Assembly: GCF_036588685.1 (NCBI RefSeq)
Contig: NC_086380.1
Span: forward strand, 13,640,001 to 13,704,000
Direction: 5' to 3'
Source: Mytilus trossulus
Lineage: Eukaryota
DNA: 64,000 nucleotides
Position 1 is the stretch's first letter. Each line of letters opens with the position of its first letter. A program made the translations under genes and the position numbers. Shown here one piece after another: positions 24,166-37,406 of the stretch. Below the pieces are notes generated by a model that was not told the DNA's origin, made no database searches, and saw only the letters and a list, made by a program, of their open reading frames with translations.

Positions 24166-26334
24166 CTGAAAATAAAAATACATTTAAATCGGGCAGACTA
24201 AATGAATATCCTAGTACTTTGGTGGAATTACATATGTATACCAAATCCGGAAGACACAAGGTCCTTTCATGAAAGAAATGACTGAGGCATTATAGTAATA
24301 CGTTCATAATATAAATTGAGATAATTTTATTATGAATGAGCAAATCTATAAAATACTGCTTGTATCAAAGTTGTTATGCAAAAATGGTTTACTCCTAATT
24401 GAATTTGTTGTTTCAAATTGGTTAAGAACCTTCTCGTTATTAGTGATTGTGATAATTTACCAAATTTGACAAAATTAAAGTACCAAAACCTGCAGCTTTT
24501 TACCATCATTAAACAGGAGTGCACATTCTGAAGTGTCTCGCCTTCTTTACTGACCATTTTTTTTTATGTTAAATAGTCCTAAATATAAAATTTTACTAAA
24601 AAATATCACATAAAACTGAACATGATCCAAGAAAATTAGGTCAGGGTTAGATAAATAACAAGAATATGTCAACAGCACTCGCACTATTATTTTCTATGTT
24701 TAGTGGACCGTGAAATTGGAATAAATTCTCTAATTTGGCGTTAAAATTAGAATGATCTTATCAAAGAGAACATGTATATTAAGTTTCAAGTTGATTGAAC
24801 TTCAACTTCATCAAAAACTACCTTGACCAAAAACTTTAACCTGAAGCGGGACAGACGGACGAACGAACAGACGAACGGACGTACAGACCAGAAAACATAA
24901 TGCCCCTCTACTATCGTAGGTGGGGCATAACAATCGTGAAATACATGTTGTCCTTGCAATCATTGAATGCAGAAAATATAGTTGACAAATAGTTTCTAAG
25001 AAACAGACCTAACCTGGAAAGCTAAACATTGATCAATGAACCATGAAAATGAAGATAAGGACAGACGAACCATGTCAGACAGATACAAATGTAAGTACAA
25101 CTTCCAATCAATTTGCACCAAATGTATTGAACCATAAAAATAAAAAATAATGTCAATTTTAGATGATACCTGCCAGACAGACATATTCACCTTACAATCA
25201 TTCCATTCAAGAAATATAGTTGACCTATTGCATATAGTTTAAGAAAACGGACCAAAACACAAAAACTTAACAATGAACAATGGACCATGAAAATGAGGCC
25301 AAGGCCAAATAAAACCTGCGAGACTGATATGTACGTCATAAAATATTACCGTACACCAAATATAGTTGACCTTTTGTATTTACTATTAGAAAAAATACAC
25401 CAAAACACAAAAACTCAACATTGACCACTAAATATAGAATAATAGGTAGTTTCGTTTTTGATACTGACTATATCATGTGGAGTATCTAGACGAGCCCGTT
25501 AGAGCGAGTTTATATAGTCCATATGATATAGTCAGTATCAAAAACGAAAGTACCAATTATTCTGTTTATCGGTAATTATGACGTGACGCAATGTATTGCC
25601 TAATATTTTCAGTATACAGCCAGTACGTTGATACTCGAATATTAGGCAGTAAGATCAAAGGGAAAATATACGAATTACCTATAAACCATGAATATGAGGC
25701 CAAGGTCGGATGACACCTACTAGTTGGCCCTTACAATCATTCCATACACAAAATATATAGTAGACTTATTGTTGAGGTCAGATGAAAACTGGTTGACGGG
25801 CATGAGAACTTTGCAAGGTACGCTCATTTTAAAATTAATATAGTTACATTCTATAACTCATAAGAAAGAAATTAACCTTTAGTAGTTACTGAACAATGAA
25901 AATGAGGTCAAGGATAACGAACATATGCCAGACAGACACATGAACTTCATAACATGAGGCATTCCTAAACAAAATATGAATCACCCATGCAGGTCTTCGA
26001 CCTTCTAAAATATAAAGCATTTTAGAAGTGAGTAAATAGCCGCCGCCGGACCACTGTCCTTAAGCTTATGTTGAGCTTTCTCCGACAAATGAAGCAGGCT
26101 CGACAAAAATGCTTCATATTTTGAAATATGCATTACGTTGTAAGTACTCAAACTGTAAACACATAAAACATCGGAAGACAATTCTATTCTGCAAACTTTT
26201 CAGTTCAGCGATAATTTATATGTCGGACCAAGCTTGATTAAGAAAAGTACGACCTCTGTCACTAGGAAAATTTATTCTGAGTTTTTCCGCATTATTTATT
26301 CGTGTTATCTCTACAGCTGTGCACTCATTGTCAT

Positions 26335-26653
26335 GACCACCTCCCTATTTCCAAAGGGGCACTTGTTTGGTTCCCAATTGTCATCGTGCACCGAAGCTGT
26401 ACGTCTACCTAATGTTGACTTATTCAAGAAAGTTTTCCCATATTCTTGGCATATATATAAGTAGATGGTATGGAATTTGGTATTTGTTGGCCTTGTGTGC
26501 AGTATATTTTTACTCAGATTTGGAGGTACAAATGTATGTGTACAAGTTGTACATGCAAATGCTGCATCGTGTATCTTCTTGTGCTTTCTCCATCCGTCTT
26601 TATTTTGTATTTACATTATCAAATTTCACAACAGTGCACATCATTAGTTTTAG
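26335..26653 (-). pseudogene. Decayed C2H2 zinc-finger cassette
   Basis: - strand translation across stops and a frameshift gives HCCEI*..KYK..WRKHKKIH, FACTTCTHTF and YICQEYGKTFLNKSTLGRRTASVH (C>Y and H>R ligand losses). Confidence 0.65.
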
Positions 26654-27966
26654 CTAAAGATGGAGTCAAGTTTAGCTTTGAAAAAAACCACGAACATCTT
26701 AGGATAAGGTTAAAACTTCTTAGCAACGAATATCCAGAATAAACAGAGAGAACTTACATACCGAGACCCAGACACAGAACAACGAGAAGCGACAAACAGG
26801 AAAATATAAACAACACGGAGCCAATATTATTTGAGTCGGTACATGATCACAATCAGAGCTTCTCGGATCAACATACAAAATTCTTGACCCACGTTTGAAC
26901 TGAAGACTAACGTTATGTAATAATATGAAAGAAACTAAATCCTGCTCTGTGTGTACTGTCCAATACATATACTTATGTTGGTTTAACCATACAGTACCAT
27001 GAGTACTGTACATGTAGATCGTATCATTTAAGTTTATATCGCCGTACGAAGAACACTGGTGAGAAATTCGTTTAAGTTTACGGACATTTTCGTATGAATT
27101 TGGAAATGAAAAGAGATGTTTTATAATAGAAGGAAAACAGTTTCTGGCCTTTGTTAGTCTTGTATTATTTTAACTTTTAGTTTCTTGTGTACAATTTGGA
27201 GTTTAGTATGGAGTTCATTATCACTGAACTAGTATATATATTTGTTTAGGGGCTATAGCTGAAGGACGCCTCAGATGTGCGGGAATTTCTCGCTGCATTG
27301 AAGACCTGTTGGTGACCTTCTGCTGTTGTCTGCTATATGGTCGGGTTGTTGTCTCTTTGACACATTCCCCATTCCATTCTCAATTTTGTTCTTTAAAGTC
27401 GACGAACAGGTTTGCTTTGTCACATATTTTGGTAAAATTTTGCAAACAACTTTTGCTCATTGAACTATTATAAAGAATAATAACTGAAATTCGAGAAGAA
27501 GAAAAATATGCATTTCAAGATCTATTTTCTAAAATATTATTAAAATTCTTTAAAAAAGATGAACATTGATTTGAATAGACAGCACATATATAATTATGTC
27601 GGGTTTTTTTATGTTTTATAAGTTGTCATTATAAAACATATCTAAGTATTTTTTTACTTGTATTTGTACACGATAGTCAATTGCATGCTAATAAAGGTAA
27701 CAATCATTTGTACTTCAAATTTATTTCGTAAGTCTGCCGAATATATCAAGATGTTAAGTCAGTATTGTTATTTCATTGGTTGCTTTTAAAGTAAAAAAAC
27801 GCACTCCCTCGTCTGATATTGTTATTTCATTGGTCGCTTGTAAAGTGAAAACGCACTCCCTCCGATCCGCTGACAAAGTTCCTGAGAGAGAAGATATTGT
27901 CAAACAAAACTAGTGGTATAGTGACATGATTAGGCATGAGATGTTTTAATTTGTATAGTGGCATGA

Positions 27967-28632
27967 TTAGGCATGAGATTTTATGTGTCGGTAGTAACTA
28001 GCAGCCCAGTTAAAAGATTTGCCGCACGTGCTACATACTCGCACATTGTTGCTATGTTTCCCGATCATGTGACCACGATGTGCTGCTTTTGATGTCAGTA
28101 TGATATCACACACTTCACACTGGTATGTTCGTGGCTCATTATTTTCTGAGTGACCTTTTTCAATATGCTGAGTTAAATGTGCTTTGTACAAGAACGCTTT
28201 TTGACAGATGTCACACTTGTGTGGTTTTATGTTTTTATGCTTATTCACGTGACTTTCATAATGCTGTATACTAATAAAGGTTTTATCACAAAAAGTACAC
28301 TTTCGTTTATATTCACCACTGATTTTCTTCAAGTGATAATTAAGTCCAGCAAGACTTGTAAACCTTTTTGAACAGTGTGTACAAATGAGACCTTCTCCGT
28401 GTTTATGTTTAGTGTGAACTTTCAGCATACAAAGATCAGGAAATCTAGAGTCGCATTGGTCACAGAAGAACATGTTCTGGTCGTGGATACGGCGATGTCT
28501 ATACAGACTACTCGGCCAAGGTGTAGTAAAGTCACAGTCGTTACATTTTAGCATCTTCTTTGTCGTTCTATCTGTGCCAGCATTAGATTGGTCTCTGTTT
28601 GACGCTCCTTGGTGAGGTATCTTTCTCTCAGC
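27967..28632 (-). CDS. Variable terminal exon V3: 7 C2H2 zinc fingers (third degenerate)
   Basis: Acceptor cattttcag at 28634-28633, phase 0; 26 open codons (AERKIPHQG...TKK) precede the ORF Met at 28554; - strand AATAAA at 27725-27720. Confidence 0.88.
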   Translation of the reverse strand, partial: AERKIPHQGASNRDQSNAGTDRTTKKMLKCNDCDFTTPWPSSLYRHRRIHDQNMFFCDQCDSRFPDLCMLKVHTKHKHGEGLICTHCSKRFTSLAGLNYHLKKISGEYKRKCTFCDKTFISIQHYESHVNKHKNIKPHKCDICQKAFLYKAHLTQHIEKGHSENNEPRTYQCEVCDIILTSKAAHRGHMIGKHSNNVRVCSTCGKSFNWAASYYRHIKSHA

Positions 28633-30634
28633 CTGAAAATGTAACCATAAAACTGCTCACTTGGTGAATTTGACGCAAATTTCCATATTTTTTTATAAGA
28701 ACATCCGAAATTAAACGGAAAACTTTAAGGACAATTCACATTATGTTCGTAAAGATTGTAAACCGATTATAATTTGAAAGCTTGTGTCTCTTTTTTCCAT
28801 GTCATTCGATGTTTATAGATATAGGAAGATGTGGTATGAGTGCCAATGAGACAAATCTCCATCCAAGTGACAATTTGTGAAAGTAAACCATTATAATTCA
28901 AGAGACTAGGCTCACACCAAATAGCAAACTACAAAGGACTTCCAAAATTTCTAGTGTAAAACCATTCAAACGGGGAAAACAACGGTCTAACCTATTTAAA
29001 AAAATCGTAAGGGTTCTGCGGAATCCAGTGTCTCGCCTACTTTTGCTGTTAATCAAACAAAAATGAAAAGAAAAATCAATAAAAATATTCCTTTCGATAC
29101 TATCTTTTGATTGCAAGGAGTTTCTGTACAAGTTTGAAAATGAAAATGTGCCTAACTTGACCCTAAACTGACAGAATTGCGACACAAAGTGTTTAATATA
29201 TTGATTTCGTATTCGACATGATTGCATACAAATTATACGAAATATTAGTTTTTCATGGTCTTCGAGCTGCGCGCAGGGTCAATGCAAACAGAAAGAATAC
29301 AAAATTGTAAAGCTGGGTGAGTCACCAACATCGTTATATAAACCAGTGAAATATTTTTTAAAGAACAATATTAATATTAAACATGTGTTCCACAGATTTT
29401 TCAACACACTGGTATCTCATGTTATATCTCTCGAACAAGTCGTTATTAAATAGGACCCTTTTAAAAATATATTTTAACAAAAGACACAACGAGCACATCA
29501 TCTCGTACGCAGTGTTACAGACGATTTCATTGAGTGTGTAGGCCAATGCAGTGTTACAGACGATTTCATTGAGTGTGTAGGCCAATGCAATATGTTTTGT
29601 TCACTAGCCTGGTAGCCGAACAGTGAAGTCATTATGAGGTAAGATAGACTATGGTTCTTTTTTTGGAAAAAAAAGTTTGTTTCCAGTTTCGGGAGAAAAC
29701 AATAATTTGTTTTTGACCCTGAGAAAAAAAATTTGTTTCTTTCACCCTCAGCTGTCACTATATGTTATAGTAAAGTTGAAAGAAAAAAAATGTTTTTGAC
29801 TTGTCCCCAAAAAATTTGTCCAGAAAAAAAATTCATTCATATATATCCTGCTTTTATTATGGTACATGCAAAAAGCCTGCAATTGAACAGATCTGATTCT
29901 TTACACCTATTTATAATCAAGATGAGCACTTTTCAAAGGTATTTTCTGATGCTCAACATTGATATTTGCCTAAAGTCTATACACTTATTTTATGATCGTA
30001 ACAAGGACTTAACAAGGGGATTTTCTGATGCTTAACATTAGTTTTTTGCTAAACGATAACATGAATAGATTTCTTGGCTGAGTGCAGCTGGATACAACCG
30101 AAGACGTCCAACACTGAACAGTTATATATACTATATTTCTTGGTGCATCTTTTATATCTGCTAGATGAAAGCATGAGTTCAAATTTCCAATCAATTTTAT
30201 TACAATCTTCTAATAGATTTAACAAACAGTTATAACCAATAAAAAAAAAATTGGTAAAAATAACAATTGTAGAAAAAAAAGTGTTTCTCGTAGTAACATT
30301 TGTGGAAAAAATAGAGTACATGGTTAACAGTATAAGGGAGCTAACATTTGATTTTAGGGGTTACAATTTGCTTAAAAGGCAAGCCAAAAATTAAGATTGA
30401 AAATGGCAGGATAACAAGTTATGTAAAAAGGGAATAAGCTACTATCTAAAAAAGGACTGAATAAAGTGAAAAATTAAAAAAAAGCAGGACAGAGATTAAA
30501 ACTGAAAACAAATGCAGGACTATTTTTTTCACCCTAGCCCCCTTTTTCATCCTAAAAATAAATTAGTATCTTCCTAAGAGTTATCTATAAATATAACTGA
30601 GGCATAAAAAATAATAATAACAGATCGTTCATCC

Positions 30635-31174
30635 TCAATGTTTTTTTCTAGTATGATTAGACCTGCTAGATCTGTATCGAAAGCCTTTGTTGCAAACTTG
30701 GCAATGATATTGGGCTACACCTTTCTTGTGCTTTCCTGTCACATGGTCAGTTAGTAGATCTTTCCTGTCAAATCTCTTAGGGCACATTGAACACTGGAAA
30801 CGTTTAGCATTAAGAGTGTTACAAACTTTCAAGTGCCTCTGGTATGAACCTTGGTATGTGAACTGTTTATTACATTTTCCACACTTGAAAGGTTTATGTC
30901 CAATATGCGTGTTCCTGTGGCCAAGATAGTGGGCGTTGTCTGCAAACGTTTTGTGACAGATCTGGCATTCATGTCTCCTTTTCTCAGTGTCAGAGTGACT
31001 TATTTCATGACGTCTGTGGCCACTTTTTGTTTTTAATTTTTTCCCACAAAAACAGCAAACAAACACATTTTGATAATTGGTCCTGTTGACTGCAGTTGAA
31101 ACAGCTGATGAGTTTTCATTGATAAGTTCATGAAATGACTCATCTAATGCCTCAATTGTAACGTTTTCTGTCAT
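30635..31174 (-). CDS. Variable terminal exon V2: 5 zinc fingers (C2H2, one C2HC)
   Basis: Acceptor ttattacttcag at 31176-31175, phase 0; fingers CCFC..H..H, CQIC..H..H with GHKPFKC linker, CGKC..HLKVC, CSMC..H..KH, CQVC..H..KH; stop at 30635. Confidence 0.88.
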   Translation of the reverse strand: MTENVTIEALDESFHELINENSSAVSTAVNRTNYQNVFVCCFCGKKLKTKSGHRRHEISHSDTEKRRHECQICHKTFADNAHYLGHRNTHIGHKPFKCGKCNKQFTYQGSYQRHLKVCNTLNAKRFQCSMCPKRFDRKDLLTDHVTGKHKKGVAQYHCQVCNKGFRYRSSRSNHTRKKH

Positions 31175-32080
31175 CTGAAGTAATAAAAAAACAACAGATT
31201 ATTTAAAAATGTCTATAAACATGAAAAGTTCATACAAATTCCAAGCGACAACAACCTGACCATAGAGCAGAAAACAGCCAAAGGCCACAATGGGTCTTCA
31301 ATGAAGCGAGAAACTCCCGTATCCGGTGGCGTCCTTTAGCTGGCCCCTTGATAAATATTTATACTAGTTCAGTGATAGGTTTTTTCATCATTTTTTATTA
31401 TTTGTACTTTTGTAGTACTGTTTGTATCAGCGACAACACTTTGACTCAGTCCGTTCCCGAATCACACGCTTGTAATTCCATGGTTGTCTTTGGTTGTTTT
31501 TTACCATATGCGTTTTGAACATAAAATAGGCAAGTAGTTTTCTTGTTTGAATTGTTTTACAATTATAATTTAGGGCCCTGTTATAGCTTGCTTTCATGCA
31601 GTTTGTGTGTTTTTCTAATTGTTTAAGGCATACGCTGACATAAACTTGATTAATTCAACATCATTTTTGTGTCTAAAAGAAAGTTGTCTCATTGTCAATG
31701 TTTATGGGATAAGTCGTTACAGTCACTTCTTCTAAATAAGACCTAGATATAAATGACGGTCATGTTTTGCAAACCACTTTTTATTCACATTGAAAATACA
31801 AAACTATCAGATATTGTTTCGAAAGTTAGGGAGCTACATAAAATGTACCATTTGATTTTTATGGGGGGCTAGGATGAAATTTGAAAAAAATAGGAAGGAC
31901 AGGAGTTTTGATAAAAAAAAAAAGGCAGGATGAATTTGAACTGTAAAAATAATGTGAAAAACATGCCTATGAAAATAAATGTGCCTACCAGAAACGAGGA
32001 GAAAGTTACAAATCTCACTGCTATGTTATGGATGCTTGAGTGTGAAAACTTGCTTTAGTGTGCAAGTAACACAGTATATA

Positions 32081-33647
32081 TGTAACACTCCCAAACGTGT
32101 CCTTCCCCCCAAACGTGTCCCGAGTTTCCCAAACGTGTCTTTTCTCCCTAAACGTGTCCGAAATGTACAATATTTCCCAAACGTGTCCGATTTCATAACC
32201 CCCAAACGTGTCCGATAATTGTTATTCGCCAAAACGTGTCTAATATTTAAAGCCAAAACGTTACACGTCTTTTAGCGCTTTTACAAGAATCCTTTGAATA
32301 AAATCGCTGATAACGTTTACGGCAATTCTATGATGGGAGACACACGTGATGAAGTTGTCATTTATCAGATTAAGTTAGTTAGATGTAGGTTTTAAATGAT
32401 TATAATAATTGCAAAATTAATCTGTTATTATTATGTAACTTTGACTGCAGTTGTTTATTGTCCAGTTGCAAGTATTTCATATTCGTTAAGAGCGAACATA
32501 CACATAGTTCTTGAGTTGAATCAATGGTTAACTTTGTTAATTATTTTGTACTTAAAATTCCGATGATGCCTTTTATATTTATCTGCATATTGCATGGCGG
32601 GCTTTTAACGGTATTTTTTTCACTTTTGTCAATAGTTTGTGTGTTTCAAAAGCCCATCAAATTATAAACTTGTTATCCGGGTTTTAAATAAATTTTAGGT
32701 TTCCACCATCACAAAAGACACACGATAAGAAAAATAACGTGCCAGTCCAGTGCCAAATATTTCATGCATAAGTTTTATAGATTTTTTTTTATGAATGTGA
32801 CCGTTATGTGATCAACGCCGGTTTTAAATGCAAATTTATTTTGTAGTGTATAAATAAACTTTAGACTGTTGATTACGTATTGTCCAGTACTTTATGCATA
32901 TTTAGAGCGCACAATAGTTTTGCAAGTTTTATTGTTTTTACAGTTGTACTGTACACATTAACTTTAAACTTAACTTCAAACTGATGATTGCGTATTGTCC
33001 AGTTGCAAGTATGTCATGCATATTTAGAGAGAACATACAAGTTTTAATGTTTTTGCAGTTCTATTTAGAGAGAAAATAGGCTACCTCGTTTTTTTTTACA
33101 TTCTAATATACAAGTTTTAATGTTTTTACTGTTCTTTTGTTAAGATAAACTCTAGACTGTTGGTTGCGTATTGTCCAGTGAAAGTATTTCATGCAAATTA
33201 GAGAAAACATACAAGTTTTAATGGGTTTTTTTCAGTTCTACTGAATAAATTGTCTTTATACTGTTGATTGCGAATTGTTCAGTTGTCAGCATTAATAGAG
33301 AGAACATTAAAGTTTTAACGCGCAGAGAAAGGGACACTTTGACCCGTTAACTGTACAGTTTAACTCAACATGTTCGCTTACAATTTACAAACGAAATAGA
33401 CGAAATGACGCCCCCACTTTAACCCAGTTTAATTCTTCCGTTTTAAAAAAGTACTAACGTGCTTATGTATCTTTTTAATGAAATGGTAAAATTAGTATAC
33501 GTTAATGAAATAGCAATAACCAAATAACGCTTGAGTTGGACACGTTTGGCGTTTATACAAATGACACACTTTGGCGCAGTTTTCAACTAGACATGTTTGG
33601 GGGAATCAGACACGTTTGAGGGGAAGGACACCTTTCTAAGTGTTACA
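32081..33647. mobile_element. Ginger-like non-autonomous element
   Basis: TGTAACACT...AGTGTTACA termini; tata TSD; subterminal cccaaacgtgtcc repeats inverted at the two ends. Confidence 0.75.
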
Positions 33648-34879
33648 TATATAGTACCAGAAAATCTGGAAGGACTGCATGCATGATTAATTTGTGCAGA
33701 ACAGTATAAGACTATAGTCAGTTTGGGACTGTTCGTCAATGATTGAATACATAAATGTATTAATAATTGATAGTAAATATTGTAAACTAAGTGTATATAA
33801 TATAGTATACTATAGTAAATTAAAATTATGGCACAATCAAAACACATCTTTTTATTTTTCATCTTTACATACTACTATTATAAACAAAGAAAATATAATA
33901 ATGTTACAAAATAATTAGATACCAGTGTCTGCTATTGAGTATTTATATTCCATTTAAAATTAGTTTAAAGTTAAGTGAAATAAGGGATACGCCTTTTATT
34001 AGAAAAAAGTGTATTATCATAATTAATTATGTTCAAAAGTGCCTGTTTAAAACAGATTTTAACACGCCAAGTTTACTTTACAATAAATATATATTTAAAT
34101 TCTCGAAAGACAATGTTCAGATCAGTGCCAAAGTTGCTTTTCATAAATTGTTTGTTAAAAAAAAAAACAACAAAAACGGTTGATATATACATGTATAGAC
34201 GAAACCAGGTGATTGTGTAGTAACAATATTGACAAAACAGATTTATTTTAATTTGACATGACCCTTTTCTTTCGTTCCATACACAGAAATACAATTATTG
34301 AGATGCTCATAATAACTAAATTTGCAATCTCCGTGTCAATATCTATCTTCCCGTACCTTTCTTTCCGTACAATGTGAACAATTTAACGAGAAATTAAACA
34401 ATTTCAAGGCAAGGTTCACTCAATTCCTCATTTTGACATACATTTTGACTTATTTCTCCGTTAATATAGAACGGTTGTAGAAAATATTGCATCTCACAAT
34501 AGAAAATAGTTGTATATGTATATATATTCTTTGATATCATAAAAAAAAATTAAAAATAAGGAGAAACCTACCTTTCTTTTGTCTATTGGTGTTCCGTCAT
34601 TGTGCCGGATGTTAGATACCATCCAGTCCGAGCAAATTTTGCTGGTGTGGTTTAGACACAGTGAAGTAATTTTGTTAAATTGTTCCCAATTTTTTTTAAT
34701 AACACAAATTCATATTTACAGCTTTATACTTTTGAAAAAATCTTAATTGTTGTTTATTCTTACGTACTGCAATCTTGTTAAAAGCCGTGGTTTTAATATT
34801 AACACTTTCACAATATTCACACAGACACTGGATAGGTTTCTCTGGTTCTGTAATTTTACATTCTTTTGTCTATTTTTTT

Positions 34880-36955
34880 TTGTCATTATCTCTATGCCAC
34901 TATCTATATGTCATTATCTGTATGTCACTTTATGTGTGTCACTATCTGTATGTCACTATACGTGTGTCACTATCTGTATGTCACTATACGTGTGTCACTA
35001 TCTGTATGTAACTATCTCTTTGTCATTATATGTATGTCACTATAGGTATGTCACTATCTGTATATCACTATCCGTATGTCACTTTCTGTATGACACTATA
35101 TGTATATCACTATCTGTATGTCACTTTCTGTATGACACTATATGTATGTCACTATATGTGTGTCACTATCTGTATGTCACTATATGTGTGTCACTATCTG
35201 TATATCACAATCTGTATGTCACTATCTGTATATCACTATCTGTATGTCACTATATGTATGTCACTATCTGTATGTCACTATATTAATGTCATTATCTGTA
35301 TGTCACTATCTGTATGTCACAATCTGTATGTCACTATCTGTATGTCACAATCTGTATGTCACTATATTAATGTCACTATCTGTATGTCACTATATCTGTA
35401 TGTCACTATCTGTATGTCACTATCTGTATGTCACTATATTAATGTCACAATCTGTATGTCATTATCTGTATGTCACCATCTGTATGTCACTATCTGTATG
35501 TCACTATATGTATATCACTATCTGTTTGTCACAATCTGTATATCACTATCTCTATGTCACTATATGTATGTCACTATAGGTATGTCACTATCTGTATATC
35601 ACTATCTGTATGTCATTATCTATATGTCACTATATGTATATCACAATCTGTATGTCACTATCTGTATATCACTATCTGTATGTCACTATCTGTATGTCAC
35701 TATATGTGTGTCACTATCTGTATGTCACTATATTAATGTCACTATCTGTATGTCACTATCTGTATGTCGCTATCTGTATGTCACTATCTGTATGTCACTA
35801 TATTAATGTCACAATCTGTATGTCATTATCTGTATGTCACCATCTGTATGTCACTATATGTATGTCACTATATGCATGTCACTATATGTATATCACTATC
35901 TGTATGTCACAATCTGTATATCACTATCTCTATGTCACTATCTGTATGTCACAATAGGTATGTCACTATCTGTTTATCACTATCTGTATGTCATTATCGC
36001 TATGTCACCATCTGTATGTCACTTTCTGTATGTCACTATATATGTGTCACTATCTGTATGTCACTATCTGTATGTCACTTTCTGTATGTCACTATCTGTA
36101 TGTTACTATATGTGTGTCACTATCTGTATGTCACTATCTGTATGTTACTATCTGTGTGTCACTATCTGTATATCACTTTCTATTTGTCACAATCTGTATG
36201 TCACTATAGGTATGTCACTATAGGTATGTCACTATCTGTTTATCACTATCTGTATGTCACTATCTGTGTATCACTATCTGTATGTTACTATATATGTGTG
36301 TCACTATCTGTATGTCACTATCTGTATGTTACTATCTATGTGTCACTTTCTGTATATCACTTTCTATTTGTCACAATCTGTATGTCACTATATGTATGTC
36401 ACTATCTGTATGTCACAAACTGTATGTCACTATATGTATGTCACTATATGTATGTCACTGTATGTATGTCACTATATGTATGTCACTTTATGTATGTCAC
36501 TATATGTATGTCACTATCTGTATGTTACTATCTGTATGTTACTATCTGTATGTCATTATCTATATATGTCTTTATCTTTGTCACTATATGTTTGTCACTA
36601 TCTGTATGTCACTATTTGTATGTCACTATTTGTATGTCATCATCTGTATGTAACTATCTATGTCACTATCTGTATGTCACTATATGTATGTCACTATATG
36701 TATGTCACTATATGTATGTCACTATTTGTATGTCATCATCTGTATGTAACTATCTATGTCACTATCTGTATGTCACAAACTGTATGTCACTATATGTATG
36801 TTACTATCTGTATGTTACTATCTGTGTGTCACTATATGTATGTCACTATTTGTATGTCATCATCTGTATGTAACTATCTATGTCACTATCTGTATGTCAC
36901 TTTCTGTATGACACTATATGTATGTCACTATCTCTATGGCACTATCAGTATCTGT
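34880..36955. repeat. 14-bp minisatellite (tgtcactatctgta)n
   Basis: About 2 kb of 14-bp units with variants; it generates the spurious YVTICMSLSVCH ORFs. Confidence 0.98.
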
Positions 36956-37040
36956 ATATAAAATTATATTGGATATTGTGTCTTTTTGATGAACAAGATA
37001 AACAGCATGCTTCTTTATTTTAAGTTTCAGTTGTTTAACT

Positions 37041-37406
37041 TTACTTGTTTCTGTCTTTTTCTTTTATTCTTCTTTTCTTTTGTGAAGACAGAGTTTCTCG
37101 GTATTGTCTCTTTTTTTCTCTTTGCACTCTTTGTCTTTCTTCTTCTTTCTTTATGTCATGTCTTGTCAGACATGTCAGAATGTTTTTACTTCCCGACTTT
37201 TTAATATGCTCTATTTTTTTCCTTTCACGCATATTTCGCATCCTTATTCTACTTCTTTCTTTATTTTCTTGCTTCTGTTGTTCATTCCACTTTGCTCTTC
37301 TTTCCCGATTTACTTTGGCATGTTTTTGTTTTTTGTTCAATCCTGGAGTATCTGGACTCTGTGCAGATGGACATGCACTCAATCTCATTTTAAATCCTTT
37401 CCCAAT
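37041..37406 (-). CDS. Candidate variable terminal exon V1: basic coiled-coil, transposase N-terminus-like, 121 aa
   Basis: Acceptor tttttaag at 37408-37407, phase 0, open to the stop at 37041; K/R/E-rich (ERSRIRMRNMRERKK...SQKKRRIKEKDR); a CLCEYC remnant lies beyond the satellite at about 34800-34830. Confidence 0.45.
   Translation of the reverse strand: MGKGFKMRLSACPSAQSPDTPGLNKKQKHAKVNRERRAKWNEQQKQENKERSRIRMRNMRERKKIEHIKKSGSKNILTCLTRHDIKKEEERQRVQREKKRQYRETLSSQKKRRIKEKDRNK

Noticed and set aside
29880-30321. Additional variable cassette between V2 and V3
   Set aside because: No zinc-finger or other domain motifs were seen in the - strand translations; more likely V2 3' UTR or intergenic.
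18670-31174. One long zinc-finger protein joining all arrays
   Set aside because: Each array ends in its own stop codon after a complete last finger, with no suitable donor before it.
34747-36961. Many long Cys/Tyr/Met-rich ORFs
   Set aside because: Stop-poor translation of a 14-bp satellite in all three + strand frames.
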